DNA of 63,019 nt, the filler included, from Choristocarpus tenellus KU-1152 (taxonomy: Eukaryota > Protista > Phaeophyceae): NCBI GenBank assembly GCA_964200185.2. It is 8 parts of 8 records of this genome, joined end to end, with 100 filler letters (N's around TTAATTAATTAA, not from the genome) between each part and the next. Parts side by side here need not be neighbours in the genome. Positions count along the whole stretch, not along the records: positions 9,087 to 15,905 come from CAXNAD020007282.1; positions 16,006 to 23,042 come from CAXNAD020006808.1; positions 23,143 to 27,493 come from CAXNAD020014970.1; 5 more parts are not named here. One strand, 5' to 3'. Position 1 is the first letter of the stretch. Every line of letters begins with the position of its first letter. Under the pieces are notes generated by a model. That model was given only the letters and a program-made list of their open reading frames with translations. It was not told the DNA's origin and searched no databases. Positions 12,219 to 24,790 of this stretch are shown here, one piece after another. The translations under genes were made by a program, and so were the position numbers.

Positions 12219-12476
12219 GAGTGAAAGTATCTTAGAGGGTACGAGTTTTGCCCTGTTTGTCCATTTGGGGCTTGGCTTCCCATGTGTTTTTTTATGACGT
12301 TTTCCTACCCCAAAATGGTTCGGAGTAGGTGAAATGTATATGTTACGAAATGGTGTGTCCGGAACAAGGATATTGACACTTCATAACGAACACAATGGCC
12401 AAAATTACATCAAAATTACAACATTGAATTTTGGTCCCCATATGGAGACGGTACTACCTCTAAGATACTTTGGCTC
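12219..12476 (+). mobile_element. Family 1 MITE, full length (Sola2-like ends)
   Basis: Left end GAGTGAAAGTATCTTAGAGGGTA, right end TACCTCTAAGATACTTTGGCTC; flanked by direct repeat TCAT (12215-12218 and 12477-12480). Confidence 0.92.
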
Positions 12477-14049
12477 TCATGGAGAACACTAAGATCCCAA
12501 TGCACAGTGCTGGGTTATGGTGCAGGCTCAGAGCAAAGGTGGTAAGGGAAAGGAAGCGAAGAAGGAGGAAATCTGCAGTGATTGGTAAAGGGCAAACAGG
12601 GCAAAAAAGGTCTTAAACGCCATCTTTGCTGTGCACACAAGGAGGAGTTTGACATCTACAAGAAGGAAGCAAACGCTCAAGGGTGACAAGAAACCAAGGC
12701 TGACCTTTTTTGGATAAGCTTCTGTTTGAAGAGTTTTCTTGTTTCTCGTTTCTTGTTTCGTATCTTATCTATGACTTTGTGCCTCGTGAGTTTCAATTTC
12801 CAACGATGTAGACAACCCATAATCTGTAAACTGTAAAATATTGATTTGACATTTGAGATCTTTGTATGCTGTAACCGATTAATTGATTATTTCTTTATGT
12901 CCTCACAAGTGACAGTGGGCAAGGGGTTGCTCGGATCATGTCTGAACCTGTCGTATTCGAATCTAGGGGGATGGACTCAACCGAAAATTTGTCATCGAGA
13001 CTTCTATAGATTGTCAAGCAGAGAGGGGGGGGGGTTTGTGAAGGACATATGATCTATGTATGGGTAACCTTTCGTCGTTCCATACCACATAACCTATGTA
13101 CCCATCAACTTTTTCTAAGATACTTCACGACCTTTATGATGTGGAGGTTAAAAATGGCGTCATTAAAGTTGCGTGTGCAACGTGAAGAGTGAGGTTTGGA
13201 TACTCAAGTCCTTTTTTTTGCGGGTTTCAATTCGACCTCACGAGTGTTGCTATAGTCAACTACTTCACTGTTGATATAGGTATGGTTCCAGGGAACCTTT
13301 AGGGCGTGGGGCACCTTTCCCTAGACTTTTATTTACGTTGTACTTCCATTTTGAAAGGGTAATAACGCCTAAGCGTCATACTATAAAACTCAAATTTACA
13401 AGATACTATGTATTACTGAAAATGTAAGAAAGATATACAGATCATACAACAAATCAACTACAACAATAGGTGGTGTTTTATCTAGTACCTCAGAGACCGA
13501 AAGCACACGCAAAAGGCCGTGTGAACGTTGATTTCTGGAGAACGGAGCAAGAGAATCTCCTGTGAAGGATGGTTGGCCACGAACAGCAGAAATTCATTAT
13601 ACATGGCTCAGTTTTTCGCGAAAAGGGGACCTTTGTATCGTTCACCAGGTTTCTACACAGGTGGTGGTGCCCTTTACTTACCTAGGGTCCCTAGGTGAAG
13701 CTTTGCCATCTTATTGTTTGTAGGTGAATGTGTAAATGTTCTCTTTGGAGTAGTAACAGAAAAAGTAAGGAAACAGTAGTAGTGTGATGTGAGGAGATGT
13801 CTTCTTGTTCGTTCATGGTACATATGAGCGTTTGAGCAATTATGGCGGAAAACCATTCGATTTGAGTTGACCTATACTCACATCCGCACCTGTCAGATAC
13901 ACCCGTCTTGATTTCTGCCCCTCTTTTCCTAGCTTTCTGACTTAAGGTCAATAAGAGCACCGTTTCAATTTTATGTCATTTCCTTTTTTGGACACATTCT
14001 CAGGTACACACTGCTCGGGGTGGGAGAGAAGTAACACGAGTTCCTCACT

Positions 14050-15880
14050 TTGCCACCATGCGAGTTACACAAAGACAACCTTCCTCTGCTGAACTCACCG
14101 ACATCATTGCCACACTCGCTCCCTTAAAAGGATTCTTCCACTGTCGATGCAGCGTGGATTTCGCGATGGTGGGTCGTTCAGATCTATTGCAGATGGCGGG
14201 GCTATGACAGCCGCTTTCGCTGCATCATTAACCCACCCAATGCTACTTCTTCGCTTTCTTGCTCTTGGAAAGTGCCGAGAAGATCATCGCTATGGACCCC
14301 ACCCCAGACAGGTTTAAGATCATAGAGGAAGAGACCTTTGGTAGCGGACAACGAGGGTCGATGAGGATTGGTTAGTGCTAGCGAGGGTTGGTCCCTGGCA
14401 TGAGTCACAGTGTAGTATAGTAGGGTTTATGCGGTGGGGTTGAGATGGTGGCAGGCGAAGGGTCTCTGATGTCAAAGATGGAATGTGCGGGCGCATCGTA
14501 AGTAGTGGCCTGTGGCTTGTGGCATGATACAATTAAATCTATCAACACAGCTTCAATTGCGCTTGGGAACTATGACTTCAAGTGAGGTGCACACCAATGA
14601 GCAAGAACAGACAAGTTGAGGCCTGCATAATCAGATCAGTACATCGGAATGTAATTTCAATAGAAGAAGAGAGGTCTATCCCAGTGCAGCTACATTTCTC
14701 CCACAGACCCTGTCCCTGATGCCTTCCCATTTTGCCTTGGATTTCGTAAGCATACTACCAACACCCTTTAGAAAAATGCAATGCTGCCAATGTCAAGTAA
14801 TACGCTTCCAAGTACTACAATTTTTTTGTGATATCTTTGGGTGTGTGTATGACTGCCGACAGGTTATTGAGCTGTTCAGGACTAGTTGCAACAGCATCAA
14901 GAATGGTGATGGAAGACCGAACATCCTTGTGTTTGTGCATGGTGGGGCATGGGGCAGTGGCTGCACATGGCGAGTCAAAGGGGTTCATAGTTTGGAGCAT
15001 GCAACATATAGTGAACCTGACAGGGTTGGCATCGAGAGGGATGTGGAGGGTATGGGGGGGAATGTGGTGGCTCGGTATGAAGGTCGCCATCTGCACTTTA
15101 ATGGTTTGTCTCGTTGTAAACACAACGGCGTGAATACTTCTATTGGGGTATTTCCATCACATTTATGTACACATTGCTCACTTGCTTGTGTTGTCTCTGG
15201 CGATGACATGCAGTTTCTCGAGCCCTGTTGGTTCGGCTTCAGTGCAATCCACCTTTCTTTCGACATAACACATTCTTTATTGTTTTCTTTTATCTTTTTC
15301 TTTTTGATGAGTTATGTTCCAAGGTTCACGCATTGATTTCGGACAAGTTGAGTGGGTGGATTGGAAAACGGGTTCGAATCAGGGAGACTTGCCCTTTCCT
15401 CCCCCAAAAATCATTGACTGTTCCAGTTGTGAAGCAAACCCTAACCCTAGCGATAATGGTTTAACTTTGGTTGATGCAGGATGTACCGCTTGATAGCCGA
15501 TAGGCTCTGCAGCAAGGGCTACTCTGTAGCACTCATTGGGTACAGGGTATACCCTGATGCTGAGGTTGGCGATCAGGTGAAATGCAGAGTGTTGTGTGGG
15601 AAGCAGGAATGGGAGATAGGGGGGGAGTTTGTGTGGCAGAGTGTACCATGATTTCTAGGTTTGTCTTTATCAAAGGACAGACCTTACTCTGGGAGGGTAG
15701 AGCTGGGTTCTCTCTGCTGCAGTGGTACTCTGTGCACATGTTTAAGAATGACCCATGTGGAGTTCTACGGTAGAAGAGTGTGAGAGATGATGCGTTTGGT
15801 GCTTTGTAGTACCTGGAAGAGGAGATTGAAGCTTGAGTGCATGCCATGGAAGTCATTAACCCCCACCCCCAGAGTGCTGC
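14050..15880 (-). mobile_element. Heavily degraded element, possibly the 3' part of a non-LTR retrotransposon
   Basis: Many broken minus-strand ORFs; the fragment HLQ*I*TTHHREIH resembles the LINE C-terminal IWxxRNxxxH motif, with Cys-rich fragments upstream. No RT YxDD motif seen. Confidence 0.3.
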
Positions 15881-15905
15881 TCATTTAGCTTGCAGTTTAT
15901 TCACC

Positions 15906-16005
15906 NNNNNNNNNNNNNNNNNNNNNNNNNNNNNNNNNNNNNNNNNNNNTTAATTAATTAANNNNNNNNNNNNNNNNNNNNNNNNNNNNNNNNNNNNNNN
16001 NNNNN
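15906..16005. other. Artificial contig-joining spacer
   Basis: N44-TTAATTAATTAA-N44. Confidence 0.99.
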
Positions 16006-16075
16006 GGATAGAGGAATAGCAAATTAAGAATGAGCAAATAATAATAATAATCCAGAATTCGTGAGCAAAACAAAG
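16006..16075 (+). repeat. Repeat terminus shared with 5018-5088
   Basis: ATAGAGGAAT...AGCAAATAATA(G/A)TAATAATCCAGAATT(T/C)GTGAGCAAAACAAAG is present at both loci. Confidence 0.75.
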
Positions 16076-16309
16076 CTCTAGTTTCTACTTTTATTTTCTT
16101 GTAATGTTAAAGCGATCATTGTACCACTAGACGGTACAGTTGCAGTATGTGTATCCCAGTGTTGTATGGTTGTGCTACACTGGTATTATTATGCTACAAT
16201 CATGGTTACTTGAACTGTACAGTACATACTGCACCAAAGTAAGGAGAGATATTTTGTTTTTTCCGTTTTGCAATATATTCCAGTTTTTCATTTTGTACCA
16301 TTCTCATAG

Positions 16310-16460
16310 TTTCTATGGATGAAGTTCTACACTTGACTCGGACGGGTTGATTTGTCTACTGTTTCAAAAATTTCAGCACAGTTCGAAAATTATTATATAT
16401 GATTACGCTTTTTGACATTTTACAGATGTGACAGGGGGAAAACCATCGAAAACTATTCGC
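16310..16460 (+). repeat. Dispersed repeat family 4 copy
   Basis: TTCTATGGATGAAGTTCTAC..TTGAC...GTTGATTT aligns to 52715-52845 (+) and 30890-31020 (-); TGACATTTT..AGATGTG.CAGGGGGAAA aligns to the reverse complement of 5625-5667. Confidence 0.6.
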
Positions 16461-16899
16461 ATGTCAGTATAAACCTTAAAGAGGTAAAATATGTCACAAA
16501 TGCGAGAATTTCAGGGACAGGTTCCTTTCTTGGGATCTCCGACACACACATTTGTGGATAAGACGCGCAGTCATACACGTTTGCGCGTGCCAACCATGTC
16601 ATTGGAACACGCCCATACCAACCAGTTCATAATAACCAACCACACCCATAAGATCCGGATTTAACCAGTCAAAAGGACTGTCAGAACGAAGATCCATTCC
16701 GATTCTGACCTATCCATTTCTCTGCTGTGACGTTCCTCAGTGATTCTGGGACAACTGTTGTGTTTTCATGTTTTTTTTCTGTTCTGGATTTCCTCAACTG
16801 ATTCTAAGATGTTGGGCCAAAACCTGTTAAACTTGGTCTCACCCTCTGATGTGGAAGAGTTCAGTCTGGTGATTGTGATTGCCCCCTTGTGCAGAGAGC

Positions 16900-19800
16900 T
16901 TTGGCGCCTTGACACTTCGACAGTGGTACTCGTGCCGAGTTTTCAAGGGGGCTAACTCACGCCATATTATGTCTGACATTACCACCCTGGCTAACTCACG
17001 CCATATTATGTCTGACATTACCACCCTCACACCTATTGCCACATCCAATACCAGCAGCGGCAGCAAGGAGAAGCCAGCTACAAGGAACGGGAAGAAGAGG
17101 GCGACCTCTGGCATGCCAGCTGATGGAGGTAATGAGGGGGGTACCATTAAAGCCCAACCTTAACCGATTCCCGTGTCTACATCTGTAGACAGATGCATCC
17201 CTGGAGGCTCGCTAAAGCAGAAAGGGATGGCGGAGCAGAGACTGAGGGAAGGCCCTGCCCGTAATTCGGGCCTGAACCGGTTCAGTGTGTTGGCAGAAGA
17301 CCATGAGGAAAAATGCGACAATAGTGCATTGGCGACATTCGATATCCAGACGTACATGGACCGCAAACTCGTCTACGCCAAGAAGATTGTCGATGAGGCG
17401 ATGGAGGGGACTCCGCATGACCAAGGTTTGGTAGCAGCGACCATGTAAACATTAAATATGAAGATGAGTACTTGTCACCCAGAGTCCAATAACCCGCCTG
17501 TGTCTGATAATGCTCACAGCAACTCCCTTGTCGTTAAGTATCCTTCCCATAAAGACTTACCCCCAATACGTGTTTGGGACGTCGACAAACAAGGTTGCCC
17601 CCCAGCTTCCAGTTTTGGCAAGTTATTAACGATTTCAAGAATCGTGTGGGCGCCATTGCGATGGTCAACAGACAATCAGTTGAATCGAGCTGCATTCCCA
17701 CCTACGAACAAATTCTAGGCGATATGTGCATGCGACTGTTTCAACATCAAATTCCTAGGGGTACCAGTTCCGATCAATTGAGTTTTCGATCGTTTTATGA
17801 AACTTTGAACATTTCATCATAGGAGGAATTCGTGAATGCTAGCCTGAAGGAATTTTCCGTGCCGAATCCTTTCGATAGAACCTTCCATAGCATGATCGAC
17901 ATTCGTCAGGAACTAAAGGAGGATGTTCGAGAGTTTGCAAGGAGGGTAATTGAGTTGATTGGTTCTTTTATACGTGAGTTGAGAGTGAACCCGCAAGACA
18001 GATGTGACCTCAACTCTGTTGACCTTACTCCAGCCGACCTGATTTCCCTGCTCACGGACAGACTTAGATACTGCGCGTTCAATGTCGTTGTTTTACCTGC
18101 AATTCTGGGGGTTTTGCGTTCGAATCCTCAATGATACGAAGATTTTGCCACCCTAGTTGATGCTGTTGTAGGCCAAGCGTCAGCCATGTCAAGTTTGGAC
18201 CGAGGGTCATTTGCCCACTTTGTGACATCCAGTATATCTGCTGACGATCTGGACAACCTACAATTGACGGACTTGAGATTTTACCGACATGGGGCCGTTG
18301 CTGACTGTTGCGAAGGGCCTTGGGGTTGACCTTGAGCGAGCTCACGCCGAGATTAGACAGTTGAAAGCAAAACAACATACCCAAATGCCTGAGAAATCCT
18401 CATGACCGTTGACTTCAACGTGACTTCAATGTGCCCCGAGCCCCTCAATTCCTGTCTCACTTGTGAGTTTGAAGGATGCAACGCAAGATCACGTCAAGGA
18501 CACTCCAGAGATGACTGCTGGGCCAATCCTGATGTCAGCAATTATCGCCCATAGCGGAAAGTTCGAGAACGTTCTACTAGACGGGATCGACAGGATCAAC
18601 ACACCGAGCAGTCATTAGATTGTTTGGTGTCCGCACTTACTGCGCACCTGACGACTTCATTGCTTCCGGTTCCCACAAGTTCCAATACTGATCAAGACAA
18701 CACTGAACCCGGCGAAAAACGCACGAGGACTGGTCAAAATTAGGGGTGCCTTGCAGAGTGTTTCCCCAGAATCTGTAGGGTTAAGAAATCGGAGCACCTA
18801 AGACACAACGTTTTAAACATTTAAGGTCAGCACACCAAAAGTTGCCACAAGCAGGAAATGCAAAAACTGTTGCATCTGCTCTTTCTTGTTCCTCACAACC
18901 TTTTTTGGGCGTGGTTGATGTTTCTCTTACACCTCAAATGTGTTGTTCCACGTTTTTATACTCTTGGCACACATCAGCAATCCAACATTATTCTAACTCC
19001 CCTTGCGTGCTAAATGTTTCATCTCTTCGCGTACAAATTCCTGGATATGTAGAAAATGAACCTTTGACGAACATTACTGTTGATACTGCTACTGACATCT
19101 CAGTAATATCACTCAGATACATTGAAGCCAACCCAACACTATGCAAGGCACCCATTCAGGAGATTCCAACAGGCGCTCTGAAGTTAAAAGGAGCAGGTGG
19201 TAGACTTTTGTCTGTTAATGGTTTCATTCAATTTACACTACAGCTTGGTGACATATCAATGCCGGTCCAAGCAGTTGTCATACCTAACCTGGGAGTAGAT
19301 AAACGTTTATTGGATAACAGCATTATGTCGGCATTTGAGGCAGTGCAAAATTGGGATAGAGAGGGTATGTCGTTTAAAGACAGTGATAAATGCATTCCAG
19401 CAAAACAAAAAATTGTATCCCTTCCTGTCTGTTCCTCCCAAGAGATATTCGCCAGACTGAAGATGGATCACCTCATTTTTCATTTTCAGTGCTCACATCT
19501 GAATTCACTACACCAGTGCATACACTAAAAAAGATATACCATCCCCCTGGCACAGAAACGCTTGTTCCAGTTTGTTCTCAGGCACTCCAAGGAACAGCTA
19601 CCGATGCAGAGGTGGAAACTATCATATAACTGGCAAAGACCTTCAGCAAGAGGACAATATACATCCTCAATGGCAACATATTATGGTCAGTCGAACCCTC
19701 ACTAGTTGGGACGAAGATGGAGGGTGTTTAGTCAAAATTGCCAATCTTTTTCAAAAAGGGGTCATGTTACCAGCAAATGTTGTAGTTGGTCATGTCTCCC

Positions 19801-19975
19801 CTGTATGAACCACATATTCCCTTTCAGAGGCCACCATAAGTGCAGTTGCAGCCACAACCTCTACTCCCAAAGAACTGAGGCAAGATAGGGATGAATTGAA
19901 GGTATTTTCTAAGAAGGCTTTTGTAAATGCGCAACTGACACATCTGAACAAGAGGAATATAGACAGTTCAACCAC
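16900..19975 (+). mobile_element. Ty3/gypsy LTR retrotransposon remnant (gag-protease), frameshifted
   Basis: PBS-like TGGCGCC at about 16902; gag motif IRQELKEDVREFARRV (17901); Cys/His knuckle CEFEGCNARSRQGHSRDDC within 18453-18530; aspartic protease ITVDTATDISVIS in ORF 18842-19528; ends before RT. 39-bp tandem duplication at 16950-17027. Confidence 0.85.
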
Positions 19976-19996
19976 AGGAACTGATCTATGATTGTA

Positions 19997-22600
19997 TGTA
20001 AGGACTCCACCCCACGTTGGGGCTTACAGCTCTTGTTATTTGTTGAAGGGGTGAGCATAGATCTAGTCAAGGATCAGATATGCCCCAAACATGAAATAAA
20101 GCAAACGCCTCAGCTATGGTAGGAAAACCCTCCATGCTGTGTCTACAACACCCCAGAGCCAAGCATGCTACCAACAGTAGCAAAACTGACAGCTCGACAA
20201 AGAACAACATACGATATCCAACTCAAATGCCAATCTTGTACTGCCTCCTAATCGCATTGCGCACTTGAGCATGCAACTTCAGTTTCTTCAACTGTTTACA
20301 TAGAAAGACAGGGACATCCTCTAAAATGGAAGAGAGTGGCTCCCATGTCCTCTCGTCCTCACTTAATCCCAACCAATCCAACAAAACCTGGTATTCATAT
20401 CCTTCTACCCTGCGCACTGTGCCAGAATATCCGACATTTGAGATTCCCCCTGGTTCTGCATGTATTGGAATGTTGGTTTTATCTCTGTGGTCACGTTCAG
20501 TTCCTTGTCTGCAAAGAACCACAACCTGTTTAGCCGCTGCACCATTGCTACTCTGCAACGATGCCCAGCTTCGCCCATGTGTGCACACACCATCAGGCGT
20601 GTCCACAAATCCTTTGCCATATCAGGTATCCATGGTGGGGCTGTAACCTTAGCACCCACCTGCATCCTGTATCATGCCATCCCGGTCATGATGTACACGA
20701 CCAGCAGGGGTCATAAATCCTCCGCTTTCATGCACCGTCACACCCCCTAGGGCCTTGCTAGCCGCTAGATGTGCCTCTTGCGCCACTGCTCTTGATGGCA
20801 GGGTGTCCTCTCCCTGCACCTCCGTAGACACGGCTACAGCTCGTACCACCACCTTATTCACCATATCCCAGTGTAGCTGTGATCCCTTGAAAGAACTACT
20901 CAGGAATCCCAGCGGCTCATGGCTCATACTTTCCACTGCAACGCCTGCATTCAGCTCCAGCTGAGGGATCTGTGTAACAAAACACCCCCAGTGCTTGTCA
21001 GGGGCGTCTGAAGACATCAGCACTGCACACTCCTCCCTGGAATGTGAGAGCTCCACCGCCTGTGAGACAAGGTTCACCGCGTGCTGAAATCCGTCAACAG
21101 CCAGTAGCCCTGCCCCTCAGGCTTAGGCAAAGACAATGATGGGTTGCTCCATACATCCTGTGGGGTCCACCTCAGCATCCCCAGTACGACCAGCATGCCC
21201 AAAAATCCTGCCATCCAGTTTTATTGCTCTGGATTGCACGCCCTCGGTTTGGCCTTCACAGGAGTTTCCCTTTCCTTCAGCACCACCTGTATGGGCTCTA
21301 CCTTGGCAGGCGGGTCACCCCCCAAGAATATCCGGAACACATTGGTCCGGGTTGGTATCACTTGTTGTAGGCGCCCCCAGGCACCCAAGGGTATTCCGGC
21401 CCATTGTGCCTCTTGAAAGGAGGTTTCTAAGGCCAAGCCTCGTTTTTTTTCTTCTGCAGGGTCCATCATGAGCTCAGGGCCTTGCTCCAGTAGTGTAGAG
21501 ATGGATTCATCGCCTCTGTCAAGATGAGCCGTCCCCATGCTCTTCTCACCTCCGAACTAACACTCATACACCGCATAGAAGTAATATCTTGTTCCAGTCT
21601 GCGATGTGCAGTTCTGTGTTCCTTCGGACCGCTCCCTCAAAGGATTGCTTCATGTCAAAGCCTAACACGTCCCACAATGTCTTGCTGCCCACAACTAACA
21701 CATCATCATTGCCTGGTATAACTGCCAAGACAATATTTTTCACCACTACGGATTCATAGCCCGAGTGGAGTGTCACATTTAAGGGACTAGTCACATTAAT
21801 CCATTTGCGATCTTAACGGGGAAGGGCTGGTGGAGGGGCTTGGTTAGCACTGCTCCACCAAATGCCGCTGCATTTTTTTCACCAGGCTCTCAGATATGCC
21901 TGTGATCCCTGACCCTGGGTCCATCAGGGCCTTCATACTGAAAGGCAACTTCCCATGCATATTGACCCCCACTGGAGTTACATCTACTGTACCATGGTAG
22001 CTCAACCTTTCTACATCCACCCCTTCCGTTGCTAGCGACACTTCCTCATGAGTGCCCTGGAATATTCGCAGGCCAGTATGACCTGCATAAGGATTAATGT
22101 TGGGATCCGGGCTTGGTGGCAGCAGCAGAGGCATCCCATGATCCACATCATCAGGAACCATCTCATCAATCATCACTTCCCTGCCACTCGTACTCCCACC
22201 ATGAGTGCCTTGCCTTAACTCGGTAGCAGTCTGTGGAGCTAGCCCCTGCTGGCTCCTTGTACCTTGGGCACCTAGACAGCTTGTTCCTTCCCCTACACTT
22301 GAGGGCTGCTATCTGGCACCCCCGGGTTGTAGTCTTTGCCCTGGTCCTAACCCTAACCCTAACCCAGATACCCTCCCAGGGTCTGTACCTCTACCACGAT
22401 GTTGAGGATGCCTCTGCTGATGCTGCTGCTGCTTCCGGACTCCAACCAGCAAGCTTTGGCATTGAGCATGTTTATGCCCGGCTTTTCCACATGCGTCATA
22501 AGTCCCTTGGAACTTGTTCTTCCTCACACTCAGTCCACTACCAGGTGTACCTTCCCCTGGCTTGCCATTCATCTCCCCAAACTTAGCCTTCCCCTCTTGG
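19997..22600 (-). mobile_element. Chromodomain-bearing Ty3/gypsy retrotransposon remnant, internally deleted
   Basis: In order on the minus strand: knuckle YDACGKAGHKHAQC, protease ALMDPGSGITGIS, pre-RT GGDPPAKVEP...KAKPR, RNase H SSDAPDKHWG...HEPLGFLS, integrase Zn-binding AHMGEAGHR, chromodomain YQVLLDWLGLSEDERTWEPLSSI. Candidate short LTR TGTA...TACA at 20147-19997. Confidence 0.92.
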
Positions 22601-22778
22601 TTGCTTGAAACCAGAATAGAATCTAGTTTTTATTTCATCACAGTGAGAATAAACGCGTTTTCCAGAACACGGATTTCATTTTGATCCGACAGGTCTCTTC
22701 AAACTCAAACATCGTACGCCCAGCTTCGAATTCAATTCACTCCTAGACCTTCTCACTGCCCAAGACCGCCTGTTTCCT

Positions 22779-23035
22779 GAGTGAAAGTATCTTAGAGGGT
22801 ACGAGTTTTTCCCTTTTTGTCCATTCAGGGCTTGACATCCCATGTTTTTTTTGTGACTTTTCCTACTCCAAAATGTTTCGGAGTGGGTAAGATGTATTCG
22901 TTTTGAAAAGGTGTGTTCGGAACAAGGATATTGACGCTTCCAAACAAACACAATAGCCAAAATTACATCAAAATTTCAACAATGGATTTTGACCCCCAAA
23001 TGGACGCGGCCCTACCCTCTAAGATAATTTGGCTC
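22779..23035 (+). mobile_element. Family 1 MITE, full length
   Basis: GAGTGAAAGTATCTTAGAGGGTA...TACCCTCTAAGATAATTTGGCTC; flanks TCCT and GCCT (3 of 4 match). Confidence 0.92.
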
Positions 23036-23042
23036 GCCTGAA

Positions 23043-23142
23043 NNNNNNNNNNNNNNNNNNNNNNNNNNNNNNNNNNNNNNNNNNNNTTAATTAATTAANN
23101 NNNNNNNNNNNNNNNNNNNNNNNNNNNNNNNNNNNNNNNNNN
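23043..23142. other. Artificial contig-joining spacer
   Basis: N44-TTAATTAATTAA-N44. Confidence 0.99.
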
Positions 23143-23209
23143 GCACCATTTTGGGTCAAACTCATCCTCCGTAGTATGCCCCATCCTCAGTTTTGGTGAT
23201 CGGCTGTTA
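23143..23209. mobile_element. Family 2 element terminus at contig start
   Basis: CACCATTTTGGGTCAAACTCATCCTCC...CCCCATCCTCAGTTTTGGTGATCGGCTGTTA matches 10043-10108. Confidence 0.65.
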
Positions 23210-24639
23210 TACCTCGTTGCTGTATTAAGAAGGAAAGGGCAAACTGCTCGTTGCTGCAATTGGCTCTTTGTATCATTACTGAGTGAAAGGTAAGAGATGA
23301 TAATGATGGTATCACTAATACCACCCTACTATGAGAATGTAAACATTTTGACTACGATTTATTACATGGTTTGCGCAGATAAACACTCACATAGACATAA
23401 ACATGTATGTATGCATATATGTATTTCATGTGCGTGGGATTGAAGGCATTACAAATCGCAACAAGTGGACCAGTGACCCAATCTATGTTTTTCGCACTTT
23501 TCGTGCGTTGTCCACTATTTTGTTGAATAACACAAAAGTACATAGAAAATGCAAAATCAACACTCTTTTACTGATGTTGACTACTTCAAGAAAACGCAGT
23601 TGATTGTGTCAACTTCCAGCACTAAGTACCTATCACTGATAAAGAAAGAGATGAATTGCGTATATTGTACTGGATAATTTCTCCTTCCGTTCACGTCCAG
23701 GATATGTTGTGTTACGGACCAAAAACAGGTGGAGTCATCTTCACAACTTTTGCATCTTCACCATTTTTGAAGTGCTTCTCATGTGCACATCAAACTACAG
23801 ATAAAAGTGTTGCATCAAGAATGAAGACAATTGAGTCTGTCACTGTCTATGCTAAAGATGGTACGAAAAAATGATACAAACAATATATTTTAATCCTCTG
23901 TTGATCTCGGCATTGAACCCACAGGACAAAACATGTAAGACCCGCGCCTCCCCAGTCGCTTATTTCGAAACTCCTGATCACGTGTCTCTCTTGGGACGTG
24001 CTGGAAGGGGTCGTCTTCATTTTCTGTGCTTGACCATGCTCCTCTTGCCATCCCCATCTTCTTTCCATGTTCATCCTCGTTCCCTCCACCACCCTTCCCT
24101 AACTAGAGGTGAGGACGACTTTTCTTCATCTTCATGAATGGTATCGAGGGACCTAGAAGAAGCACCCGGTCCCTCGATCTGCGTTTGTTTGTAGTTTTCC
24201 TTGGAGGTTGTTGTATGTAGATTCGAAGTTGTGATAATCAACTTTCAGGTTCTCCATTTTTTTCTCCATTCTTGAATTTTTCGCCTTCAGGGCTACGACT
24301 TTGACCGGCAGCTGGAAGAGGTACAGGAAAATATTACTGGTTTTCAAACATTTCGAAGTAATCCATACAATATCCATGGAATGTCAAATTATTATACAAA
24401 TTGGTTAATGTGTACAGGTTGACAAAGTACTATCGATAGTAATATAGATCAATCATGATTGTTGTGGAGTATATTTTGGCATGAGATATGTGATACTGCT
24501 ATTAGTAGTACCATACTCATTATTTGGTTACACCTACTTTTTTGTCTGAATACTTTCTCACCCCATGGTCAGTACTACACTTACCACTACGCACTCCACT
24601 ACACTCTCATACCACCAGCTGATTCTACTGCCGCCACTC

Positions 24640-24790
24640 ATGCCCTGCTTCTCGCGCGCTACATTCAATCATCCCATCGCTCGTTGCCCCACCTCCTCCC
24701 TCAAATCTGGTCCTGGGCCTACCTCGGTGTTGCTTGGCAATGGAGCCCTGCCACCTCGTTCTTGGTCCGCCCGCTTTGTGGCGTAGCAAG
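24640..24790 (-). repeat. Dispersed repeat family 3 copy
   Basis: Aligns with 2360-2491; one minus frame reads GPRTRW...RGRPRTRF, reminiscent of RTE-type LINE C-termini (weak). Confidence 0.55.

Noticed and set aside
14719-15336. 205-aa plus-strand ORF with VFVHGGAWGSG resembling an alpha/beta-hydrolase HGG motif
   Set aside because: No GxSxG nucleophile or other hydrolase motifs follow, and it lies within a decayed element-like region; likely coincidence, though a BLASTP would settle it.
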